Shown piece by piece: positions 51,163 through 64,000 of a DNA stretch of 64,000 bases. The DNA comes from the human T2T-CHM13v2.0 reference genome, Homo sapiens: NCBI RefSeq assembly GCF_009914755.1, contig NC_060926.1; one strand, 5' to 3'. Within the stretch, counting starts at the first letter, position 1. The number at the start of each line of letters is the position of its first letter. The position numbers and the translations under genes are program-made. Under the pieces are notes generated by a model. It was given only the letters and a program-made list of their open reading frames with translations, made no database searches and was not told where the DNA came from.

Positions 51163-53093
51163 TAATTGCTAGGACTCCCTTATGGATGGTACATGTGGAT
51201 AAAAGAGAAGCTGGGTGGTGCCTGTGTGGTCCTTCCTTACTGTCCATTGTCTCATGGAGCCCCGTCTCCTCCCCCACCCAGCTTCTGCAGGGTCATGCAT
51301 GGGAATGTGTGAGATCAGCCCCTGGGAACAGGGGGCTTCTCTAGAGGGAGTTCCCTGTGTGTCTGCAGACTGTCATGGGTCCTCAGCACCTCCACTCCCC
51401 TGCCACCCCTTGAACATGGAGTGACTTGTCCCAGGGATCAGGTATATCTGTGAGCCCAGAGGGAGCACCATGATCCAATCTAGCCTCCCCGCTCCACACC
51501 CTTCACCCTTTGTGGATGAGCTCTGTGTGGTGGACTGGACCAGGCTGGGATGCAGTTCTCCTTGCTGCCTGGGCCGCTGTTATCACAGTGGGATGGGGAA
51601 GGAAGCCTGTCTGCTGTGTGGCTTGGTAACAGTGTGAGAGGTCAGAAAGTTTGAGGATGCAGATGCGTTCAGATATGTATATGGCAAGCCCCCAACTTCC
51701 ACTTGGCCCTGGCTTTGGCCTGTGTCTCTGCTGTCTCGAGTGGCTTCGGCTATCTGTGAGCCAGAATTGCCCCCTGCTGTAGTAACAGGGCTGGCAAGCT
51801 GCTCAGCTGACCCCTTAGGCATTTGACCAGATGCTGGGATCCAGAAATGAAGAGGTGAACAAGCATTGGTGAGCCCTGGGAGCCTCACAGCCACTTTCCT
51901 CCCTGTGAATATTGACTGAACATCCACCTGATAGGCCTGGCTGCTGTTCATGTTGGGGCTGTTATTATTTTCTTCAGTAACACTGGCTGAAGGTTTGTTG
52001 TTATCTTTTGAACCTGGTTTGGGGCAATAAACTAACATCCAGGTTATTTAGCCAGACCATAATAGCTAGGTGAAACATGTGCTGTGACATTTCTAGCCAA
52101 GTCAGATTACTTTCTAGGGAAATTCCAGTCATTTTCTAGGAAGATTGACTATAGCTGAGTTTGTAGAGACATAAAAACAAATTGAAAGACTCCATCAGGA
52201 GTGTAGGTTGTTACTGGGTTGGAGGCTAAAGTGGCTGGACTGTAGTCTTCATTAAGCTTCGCTTCATTTTGGGTATTGGTGGGCATTGAGGTTATGTAGC
52301 CTAGGTCAGAGCTAGGGTGGGTGCCTGTGGGCTCCTGAATGCCACTGTGTTCTTAAAAGCAGGCATGGGGACATCCCCTGGGGCAGGACCTGGACTAGGT
52401 GGAGGCAAGAGAGGTACCAAGGGTGCAGAATTTAAGGAAGCACCCACTCCTGGGTGGTGCGAGTTGTTGCCATTTTCCCAAGACACCTGTAGTATTTGAG
52501 CTTCATTCAATTGAGAGGATATAGAACAATGTTGGAAGGAAGCTACTGGATTCAGTTCAGCAACAGTTTTTGTTATATGCAGTTATGTGCAAAGTACTGT
52601 GGCAGACACCAATTGTTGGGACAAGGACCCTGCTCTCAGGGCTTCCCACACAGGGCAGGGGAGGCAGGAGGTGATATGCGAGAGGGAGGCACACTTCATG
52701 TGGACCTCACAAGAGGGAGAAGCTCCCAGCGTAAGTAAAGGGGCCTGGGGAGGTGATTTTAAAACATGGTGATGGTGGGTTGGGCCTCGAAAAATGGTAG
52801 CATTTCTTCCCCAACTCCCAGTTGTCGTATTTTTGCCCTAATTATAAAAGCAGAAAATTTCAACCCTCAGACAAAGACAGTTCATTTTTTATTTCTGCCT
52901 CTTTCTGTAGCATTTTAAATGATATACCAATCTTCTTTTTCTCTTGGAATTCTTATCTGGGTTTTTGCTTAACACATCACGGGCACCTTACTAAGCTGTT
53001 AGAAGTCTTAGAAAAGTGTCATTTTCATTTTTCATGGTTGTGCAAAACTCCTAGGAGGCAAATTATTATGTACTTCACTATACCCTCATTGGA

Positions 53094-53396
53094 TTTTTTT
53101 GCTTTTTTTTTTTTTCAGACGGAGTCTCGCTGTCGCCCAGGCTAGAGTGCAGTGGTGTGATCTCAGCTCACTGCAGGCTCCGCCCCCTGGGGTTCACACC
53201 ATTCTCCTGCCTCAGCCTTCCCACGTAGCTGGGACTACAGGCGCCCGCCACCTCATCCGGCTAACTTTTTGTATTTTTAGTAGAGACGGGGTTTCACCGT
53301 GTTAGCCAGGATGGTCTCAATCTCCTGACCTCGTGATCCGCCCGCCTCGGCCTCCCAGAGTGCTGGGATTACAGGCGTGAGCCACTGCGCCCGGCC
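53094..53396 (-). mobile_element. AluY
   Basis: AluY diagnostics (ttcacaccattctcc, ccgtgttagccaggatggtctc, gacctcgtgatccgccc); TSD ccctc(a/g)tt(g/a)gattttt. Confidence 0.93.
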
Positions 53397-53693
53397 CCCT
53401 CGTTAGATTTTTAAGTTGTTTCTAAATTACTTACAAACAGAACAACCTGTCATGTCTTGGTGCCTTGCAGGTCTGGATTCAAATCTTCCATTGATTCTTG
53501 TATATTTTTCTCTGCATGAAATATATTTTAATTCTCCATGCCTTCCTTCCTTATCTATAAAAAATGAGTGTCTTCTCACTGAGTGCTGGTAGCTATTAAA
53601 TCAGATCTTAAGACGATGTACTACCTCTCTTCTTTCCTTTCTTCTCTCTTAGTTTTGATTATGCCCTAGGTTAGCATTCCAGAAATAGAATTA

Positions 53694-54640
<947 letters not shown>

Positions 54641-55824
54641 CACAGGAAGTCTCATCTGGAACAGTCCCCTATTAGCTCTGTTCTCTGTTAACTCGAGGAG
54701 TTAATAGGTATTAGTAGGTAGAACAAGGCTGTTGCAGACAGGAGGAGCTATTGAAGACGTCGCATCAGAATGAGCAGGCCGTGTTCTGCAACAGCAAATC
54801 TAGTTTGACTTGACCTTTTTTCATGGAACAGAGGAGAGGAAAGAGCTGGCAGAAGGGAGTGTGCAGGGCACAGAGTGTATAGGGCCTACTATAGCAGTCA
54901 GGAGTGGGGACTTGGGGGGACTGGGGTTAGAGACGGGCCTTGCTGACATGAGGTAGCTCTTGTGGCTTGGCCTCATGGGCAGAGTAGAGGAAGAAGAGCC
55001 AGAAACTAGGTGTGGCATTGCTCTTGGGAAGGGTAAGAAAGGCAGGTGGTATGTGGCAGGCTTTGCAGGGACAGAGCTGGTTTTAGTTTTCAGCAGTTGA
55101 GATTGCAAGATAGCCGTCTGTCCCAGGCAGACAGGTTCCAGCGCCAGGGCGGGTCGGCAGGTTGGAGGAGAAGCTGACAGTTGAAGATCTAGCATCACTG
55201 ATGGAGAGGTGTCTGGCATGACTCGGTGAGGAAGCTCATGTCATTAGAGAAAAGATAGCACTGGGCTTCCAGGGCGTGGAGGAGGGTTTCAGGGAGGGAC
55301 CTTACGGATGTAAGTGTTGCCAAGAGGTGAAGGGAAATGACGGTTAAGAGGAAGCCATTGGATTTTCAGTGAGGGAGGAGGGTCCTGGATCCTTAGGAGA
55401 CTCCGCCTGTTGGGTTGAGAGGAGAGAGAGGAGGGAGCCAGCGTCTTGGGATGGGAGGTGGAAGGGCTTAGGGGGCGGGTGGTTTTGTTTGTTTGTTTGT
55501 TTTTTAATAACACAGGAGATTGGAACATTGTCAGAAACATCACTGAGAGATAGTGTGGAGAAAGATCCATAAAGAAGGAGAAATTGGGAATGTAAGGAGG
55601 AGGGACCGGGGCCTGAGTGACGGGGCAGGTTGCCTCCTCTTTGTTCCCGTGGAATCTGTTCACAGCACCCAGTTAACTGACTTGCATATCGTTTGCGTGT
55701 CCCCTCCCATTGCTTAGAGCTTCTCAATGGAAGCACCTTGCATTGTTCCCCCATAGAATCCCCCCGTCAGACGTGGTGCCAGTGATAAGGTGTAGCTGTG
55801 AATGAATGGAGGACTCAAGCTCCG

Positions 55825-56045
55825 CAGGTTAAGAGCACAGGCTCTCCTGTCTGACCAACTTTAGTTCAAATCTCTGTTCTGTCATCTAGCCATGTGGTCT
55901 TGCACAAGTCGCTTAACCTGTTCAGGCCTCTGTTTCTTCATGTAAGCATATGGGGGTCATAGTACTTAGTCACAGGATTGTGCAGGTAAATGAGATAATT
56001 CAATTAGGTTTCTGCATCTGGCATAGAGTAAGAGCTTGATACCTG
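55825..56045 (+). mobile_element. MIR SINE
   Basis: ggttaagagcacaggctct...gttcaaatctc...caagtcgcttaacctgttcaggcctctgtttcttcatgtaa...aaatgagataat. Confidence 0.8.
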
Positions 56046-57037
56046 GAAGCTTTGGAAATTAACAGAATCATGAATGCAGATTGTCTTAGAAGGGGATTGC
56101 TTGGTCTCAAGAACAGGAGGGCAGGGAGGAACTATGGGCAGGGTATGCAGGAGTATAGGTGGGGAGCAGTGGCATGGGGAGTTGTCTCCTCAGAGAGGTG
56201 GGATGCCCTGTGCTCAGCTGGGAGCACTGGAAACTTTAGGCCCGGCCACCAAGGGGTGTGTGGTCATCACCCTGTAAAGTGATAGTTAGTGTGTCTTTGT
56301 GATGGACACAGTTGGCCTGGCCACAGAGCTCAGCCAACTGGGAGACTTAGGAGGACTTAGCCTGTGGTTGGGAGAGTGGCTCCCAACTGACATGAACTGG
56401 GCCAGAATGAATCCTGGGATCAGCCCATGGGTAGGACCTGGGGAGGCCTTGGGGGCCTAGAGCACTAGAGAGATGCTGACAGCGGTTTCCATGGGAATAA
56501 GGGAGGAGGGGAATCCCAGGCTCAAGATCTGGGACATGGAAGGTGTTCAGGGAATGACAGGGCATGTGCTCGTGGGAAAACTTCAGGCCATTACAAGACA
56601 ATGGACGAGACTCAGTGGGCAGTGTGGCCTTAAACGTCATGCCCTCCCCTGTAGTATAAAAACTGATTCCTTGGCCTCCATCTGCCTTGATTTCCTCATC
56701 TCTAACACGGTTTATAACCTATTTGAGAAGCAGGCATGCACCTGGAAAGACAAATGCAGTTTAAATAATGCATGCTTTTAATCATCTAGATTAGCAACTA
56801 CTAGGAGGATGCGTTTTAAAACATATATAATGTTTATCTTTTCCTCCCTCCACAACTACCTGCTTTTCCCCAACCAAACAGCTCAAAGTTGACAGGATGA
56901 TAGAAATGAAAGTAATTTACATTGCATAGAAGTCACTCCTATTGGAATAAGCAACTCTGTGTGTCATTTAGAAACTAATTGGCTCAAAGGCATGGGATCC
57001 ACAGGAAGACAGAGTGAGTCCTATGGACATGGAGGGC

Positions 57038-57118
57038 AAATGGGCAGGATGGCCCTTTCACAAAAGGGAAATGGGCAGGAAAATAGGCAGGATGGTACCT
57101 TCACAAAAGGGAAATGGG
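57038..57118. repeat. Two-copy ~38-bp direct repeat, period 43
   Basis: aaatgggcaggatggccctttcacaaaagggaaatggg and aaataggcaggatggtaccttcacaaaagggaaatggg. Confidence 0.85.
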
Positions 57119-57337
57119 TGCTGTTGGCTGGATGTCCACCATGTGCCAGCCACAGCAAACCCACTTAGATGCCTTAGCCTTCTTCTCACCACAAGGACTT
57201 GTGTGCCATCCAAGCCTAGAATTCTCTGCTTTCTTGATCATGAGCTGTCACCTAGCACGGCCTGGCTTTTCTCTCCTTCCCACGTGAGACCTTGTCCTTT
57301 GTCTACCCCTAGTGGTGGTGATCCTGAGGGGACCTGA

Positions 57338-57745
<408 letters not shown>

Positions 57746-58093
57746 TGAGGTTTTGCTTTGGAGATTTTAGACAGCTCTGTCAGCCATCCAAGAAACGCTC
57801 CATGCACCTCAGCCCAAATGCAACCTCCTCCTGCCTCCCCTCTCCAAAAGTAACCGCTGTTCTGACTCAGCCTGGGCATTTCCTTGCATTTTGCTATAGT
57901 TGATTGCTCAAGTGTATATCAGAGTGCTGTGCTTAAGTTTTACTTCTTTCCACCTTTAAATCTCTGATAAGTTTCTTTTTATCTAAAGGTTCCACTTTGT
58001 TCATTCCTTTTTGTTTCCTTATTATTGATTTGTTCGAGAACCTGAGTTTCTTGACCTGTGTGATTTTGTACCACCTGGACTTTCTGACTGTGT

Positions 58094-58195
58094 TTGCCCA
58101 GGCTGGAGAGCAGTGGTGGGATCATAGCTTACTGGACTCAAGCCATCCTCCCGCCTCAGCCTCCCAAGTAACTGGGACTATAGGCACGCTCCACC
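58094..58195 (-). mobile_element. AluJ/FRAM right-arm fragment
   Basis: ttgcccaggctggagagcagtgg...cctcagcctcccaagtaactgggactataggc. Confidence 0.8.
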
Positions 58196-58235
58196 TTGCA
58201 GGGCTCAGATGGTGATATTCTAATTCTGTCATTTA

Positions 58236-58447
<212 letters not shown>

Positions 58448-58627
58448 GAGAAACTCTCATCTGCCATCTCTCTCCCAAGGCACAAAGTTAACCTAGTGAA
58501 GGCAGGCTGGTTCCTTGACCCTTGGTTTCAGGTAGTGAAAGCTCGCATGTCCAGGCATTCTTTGTGTGTGACCCCGTGCCTTCTGCAGGTATCTGCACCC
58601 TCTGCGGCAGACCCACTTTCAGAGTGA

Positions 58628-58921
<294 letters not shown>

Positions 58922-61289
58922 TGAGAGGACGCAGAGGAGCTTCTAAAGATGTGCTTCCCTGATCACACGGGCTTGGGTGCTGTATTACTCGTTCTTCCAG
59001 AAGTTTAGCTTTTCTTTGGCAGGAAGATGTGGGTGGTCAGGGCTGCTCTGAGCACATGTGGTGACTGTTTCACAGCAGATGTGATAAGGAAGCAATTTAC
59101 AAAAGAAATCAAAGATCAGAGAGATTTCTAGGGAAAACGGATTTTTTAAGTGTCCTGCGTTACTAATCTGGACCATCTCTTCAGAGTTCATGGGAAATTA
59201 AGCATGGATGGGTGATGCATAGAGATAAGTACACAGAAAAACAAACATCGAGGTTTCATGTATCCATATTTCTGCCTATGGAAAGGGTATCAGCATGGCC
59301 TTCTGTGGAGCCAAGAGCTTCTTCACTTCTTGGTCAGTGGCTTTCATGTCATGATGTTCCACTCAGCTTTTTAAGGTAGATTTTTCTTCCTGATTTCATG
59401 TAGCCTGGGAATCTGAAGCACACAGAGGCCAAGCAGCCTGTTAAGGCCACAGAGACAGTGTCCAGGCCTTTCAGCTTCAGGCCCTGATGTACCCGGCTGC
59501 CTGTGGAAGCCCTGGGTCAGTTTAGGGAGCCAGGTCTTCCCCCCGAATCACTCACATTGTTTCATCTTTCATTTCAGCTAAGAGTGTATCTCTCGGCTTC
59601 TCCATAACTAATAAAATTCTATAATCATAAGAAAGATGAGAATAAAAATGGCAATATGTTTTCATATGTTAATGAATTTCTGGGCATAGAATTTATTTTA
59701 ATATGGAAATAAGTAAATGGGAAACATCTGTTGAGTACAAGTTTTTAAGACAGTAAATTTAAAGGTACTGCATAATAGTGTAATGAGCATGGCCCTCCTG
59801 AGATTATAAACTTTGCTCTTTAACGTATGTGCGATTTTAAGAGTTAATCATTTTTACTTTGTTTTGTAAAACTCCAGTGTCACCTACATCTACACCATCT
59901 CCGAAATTATTTCTATAATGTGGTTATAGAATCTTAAGTCTTTTCATTATCCTTCTTTTATCTTTCAAGGGGGGAAAACGGTTTTCACAGGATCTTGAAC
60001 AAATTACAGTAATTTTAAATTATGCATGCAATTAAGGAACTTTTTTTAGAGTGTATTAAATGTTGTCATACAGGAATGAATGTCATTTTGAACAATAATT
60101 GCAGTTTGCCACTTTGGTAAATTAAAGTGACTTGCTCTGGGATGATTACTTGGTAGATGGATTTTAGTTGCAGTGGCATGCCAGCAGTCTCTAACCATGT
60201 TGTCTCCTGTGGCCAGGCCAGGATGGGGCCAGCCTGGGCCCCGCTGGCCCACTGGAGTCCCATCCAGCCAGTGGTTTTGTTGTACCATCTCATAGGACTG
60301 GTGGCCAGCCGCAAGCTGTGGCCTCAGGAGGATTTAGGTTGCAGTTCTTTTCTCAGCTGACAACAGAAAGGAGAGGAGAACAGGAGCTAGGTGTGGCCTT
60401 TGGCCCAACTTCCCTTGGCCGGGAGATCCAGTCATATCCTACATCATAGTCAGGAAGGACACATTTTAAAACAATTGTGCTTGTGTGAGCTTCCAGTGTA
60501 CTTAGTGGGAATGCTGATGCTGCCCTATGGCCACCCTGGCCAAGCCTCTTCTGGTCCTCATGATCGTATTGCCTCGCATATCCCCAGCTCCCTTCCTGTT
60601 TTCCTGTTTTCATTAAATCCAGAAGTTGAGAGATACCACCACTTCTGAGTGTTGTCCAAGGAGGGCTTCTGTGATCATGGTCGGAAAATTTCCATATCGT
60701 TGGGGGAAAATCTATAGGATGAATCATTTAAACAGGTTCCTTCAGCACAGTGCCGTCTCAGCCAAGACTGCTGCTCTGCCACCTGGCTGCTCTGTGACCA
60801 TCATTAGCTTTGTGCTTAGCGCTCAGCTCTGCCTTACTCCCTCTGAGCCTTGGCTTTCTCACCTATAAAGTGGAGACACAAAAGAGGCTGTCTCTCAAGT
60901 GATGAGAAACCTTACTGAGATGTTAAAGGTACTGGGAACATACTTGGCATTTATTATGTTTACATGAATTGTTGTTAGTGCTTTGCCTCATCTCTGGAAA
61001 CAGTGGCTCTGCTGTAGGCACCTGGGAAGTTTTGGATGTGCCAGTTGGTGCTTGTTAACAGGAGCTGCCGACCTTGAGGATGTGATGGTTGCAGGTGACT
61101 TACCTCTGCCCTCATCTCGGCATGAGGTGTCCCTGCTGCTCTGTGCTGGTGAACAGCCCAGGCTGGGCATGCAGGGTGATGTGGACAGGAGGGCAGAGCT
61201 CCCTCCTGTGCCTTCCAGAGGTCAGGGACCTGAGTTCTTGTCGTTTCTGAAGACTCCATGAAAGGTTGATTATAACATCGATTAATGTT

Positions 61290-61490
61290 TATTTAACATG
61301 TACAGATGCTGAGTGCTGTGCTAAATGCTTAATGCACATATATATACATACACTTTTTTTTTTACACATTGATTTTTAATCTTTACAACCACCAAGTGAA
61401 GTGAAACTTTTATCCTCATTTTTTTAGATGAGAAAACTGAGGTTTAGGGCAGTTGATACTTTCCAAAATCACACAGCTGGAAGGGCGCCT
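61290..61490 (-). mobile_element. MIR SINE
   Basis: tcctcatttttttagatgagaaaactgaggtttagggcagt...ccaaaatcacacagct. Confidence 0.8.
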
Positions 61491-61542
61491 GACACTCAGC
61501 AAGCCCTTGCTCTGCAGGTGCCTTTATCACTTGATGTGTTTA

Positions 61543-61693
61543 CAGCCCTGGCTGCCAGCTAAAATCACCTGGGAGCTCTGGGCACCACAGCCCCAGCCCC
61601 AGTTAAGTCAGAATCTCCAAGAGTGGGGCCAGGGTATTGGAAACTTTCAAGCTCCCAGGTGGTTTCAGTGTGCATCAAGGTTAAGAACCATAG
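61543..61693. mobile_element. MER5A-like hAT MITE
   Basis: aatcacctgggagct...agtcagaatctc...gctcccaggtggtttcagtgtgcatcaaggttaagaacca. Confidence 0.75.
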
Positions 61694-62324
61694 TTTAGGG
61701 GAAGGTGATGGAGGGTTAAGTGGTAAAAATACGTACAGCATTACACCGACAAAGGAAAATGTTATTCCCAGAAGCAGAGGAAGTGTGAATTGATGACATC
61801 TTTAGGAAACCTCTGCCCTGAGCACATGCCTTCCAGGTAAACTCTTGTAAGGAATTCATCATGGTACTCCAAGTATACCTTCCACCATTATTAGCAAAAG
61901 AGTACCTGTTAGATAGAATGGGATGGCATGCTGCTGTTTTCTTAGGTGGCACCTAAAGCACAGAGAGGTTGAGGAATTTTCTGAAAATCACACAGTAGGT
62001 TAGTTTGGGGGCTGGCTGAGAACTCACACCACTTAATCCTTCATTTTTTAGGCCCATGGATCTCAAGAAGGTATGGGGTTGATGGGGGAGGACAGAATGT
62101 AACTGGCTGGCAAAATTATCCAGGGAATTTACAAATGATCCTGCCCATCCTGTGGCTAGCAGAGTCTGGTGTGCCCCTTGGTGGCATTGCGTGTATTTCC
62201 AGATGTGTATCTTCTCTACTCCTCTTGCTGAGGACTGGTTTCATTGGCCTTAATAAAATCCTATTTCTTCAGCATAATCTGATTCTGTCCACGCTGTTAC
62301 TCAAAGGGATTTTTAAAACACTTT

Positions 62325-62656
<332 letters not shown>

Positions 62657-64000
62657 TAATGTTGTAGCATAATGCAGTCTTAAAATGCTTTTGAATTAGA
62701 TCAGAGTCTGGTGGCATTTTTAAAAAGCAAGCCTATATAGATCTGTAGAGCAGGCTTGGTGGGGATTAATTAAGTCATTTGCCTGAAGTTGCCCATGAAA
62801 CAGCAGTGTTAGGACTGGACACCCTTTCTGATCTCTCATCCATTCCTCCACAAGTACAAGTTGACAGCGAGACCCTAGAGGCTGGGTTGGTGTTCACCTG
62901 GATCTGGCTAGACAGTGGTCTCTCTGATGGTGTAGACAGCGGGGTGGTGGTCAGGTGGTTGGCTGGCTCCTTGTCACTTGCACATGGCCTGTTCTTCCTT
63001 AAATGTAGATGGCAGTCCCAGCAGTGTGAAGAAACTGATGTGTGGGTCATCCCCATCCATGGAGGGGCTCTGTTTGCCTTTCTTCTCTGTGAACTTCTGT
63101 ATCGTAGAACCAGTGTCTGGTGCAGTGGACTAAGCAGGAAAACAGAGCATGCTGAGGGATAGAGAGGGCCTGGGTGCACAGGGTACCCTCTCCCCCATGT
63201 CCTGGCACTGGAGCAGAGCCCTGCAGGAAGTGATTATATTTATGGAATGAGCATTCCAGTCAGGGAACTAAAAGGGGGTAAAGACCATGAGGCCGGCCCT
63301 GCTTGGCATTGTCACAGCACGTGTTGGGTCCAAGGTGGCTGCAGTGAGGGAAGGATTCTGCAGAGAAGATCAGAGAGGAAGCTGGAGGCCTGTATCACAG
63401 AGGTTCAAGCTTCAGCAGCCAAGACATCTTCAAATTTGACACCTGGGGTTCTAACCTGTCACTATGCCGTTGTGAGTTATGGTTTCACTACTTGGTAGTA
63501 TAATTTTCCAGACCCATTTGTTTGTAAATATTCTGTTTGTCAGCTACTCTTGTGGACATCTATCACTGAAATACCATGAATTTTTTATGCCTTGTCATCT
63601 CTCTGTATCTTTTAATGATCCCCATGTGTCTCTAGTCAATAAATGATAGTCTCTGTGGTTTTCACATTTAGTGGGCAGGTGGAGGACCTGCCAGGCTTTG
63701 GCAGGGGCAGTGATTGATGTGGGTCAGGACCATTGAAGTAAGCCATTGAAAGAAACACACTGGGCATCTTAATAGCTGTTAAAGGAGCATCATTTGTATC
63801 TAATGATCTGAAGATCTGAAAAAAAAAATATTATTATACCTAAAATTTGCGTATGTTCAGTAATTTTATTTTAAAACCTGTAGATAAAAAGCTTTTCCCA
63901 ATACCTAGATCCAGGGAGATTACTAAGTGGGGGATATAGTAATTAGTGGAAGCAGCACATTATTTTCTAGCAGTATTATGCTGCGGACAATCATGGCACA

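Overview
Human (primate) genomic DNA from the interior of TANC1 (chr2q24), + strand. It holds 12 consecutive coding exons (probably exons 5-16, about codons 87-914 by recalled numbering), all with GT-AG sites, which splice into one uninterrupted 2,483-nt reading frame. They encode the Ser/Pro-rich N-terminus, the STAND/NACHT-like P-loop ATPase (Walker A GNVGFGKT, Walker [11 protein letters not shown]), the helical/winged-helix region and the lead-in to the ankyrin repeats. The gene's start and end lie outside the window. A mirtron-type hairpin (MIR6888) ends exactly at the acceptor of the last exon. The introns contain ordinary interspersed repeats (about 25 Alu/FLAM, MIR, L2, L1M, a MaLR LTR, Charlie/MER2/MER5 DNA transposons) and microsatellites. 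I found no convincing new biological system. The best leads are splice-level: the mirtron arm is a tandem duplication that also creates an in-frame alternative acceptor, there are tandem donor/acceptor sites, and a UG-repeat lies next to a possible cryptic exon. Other leads are a junction-spanning DSG degron-like motif, a Ser allele at codon 251 and an unexplained 29-bp direct repeat. Gene names, exon numbers and repeat subfamilies come from recognition, not from a database search; repeat boundaries are approximate.
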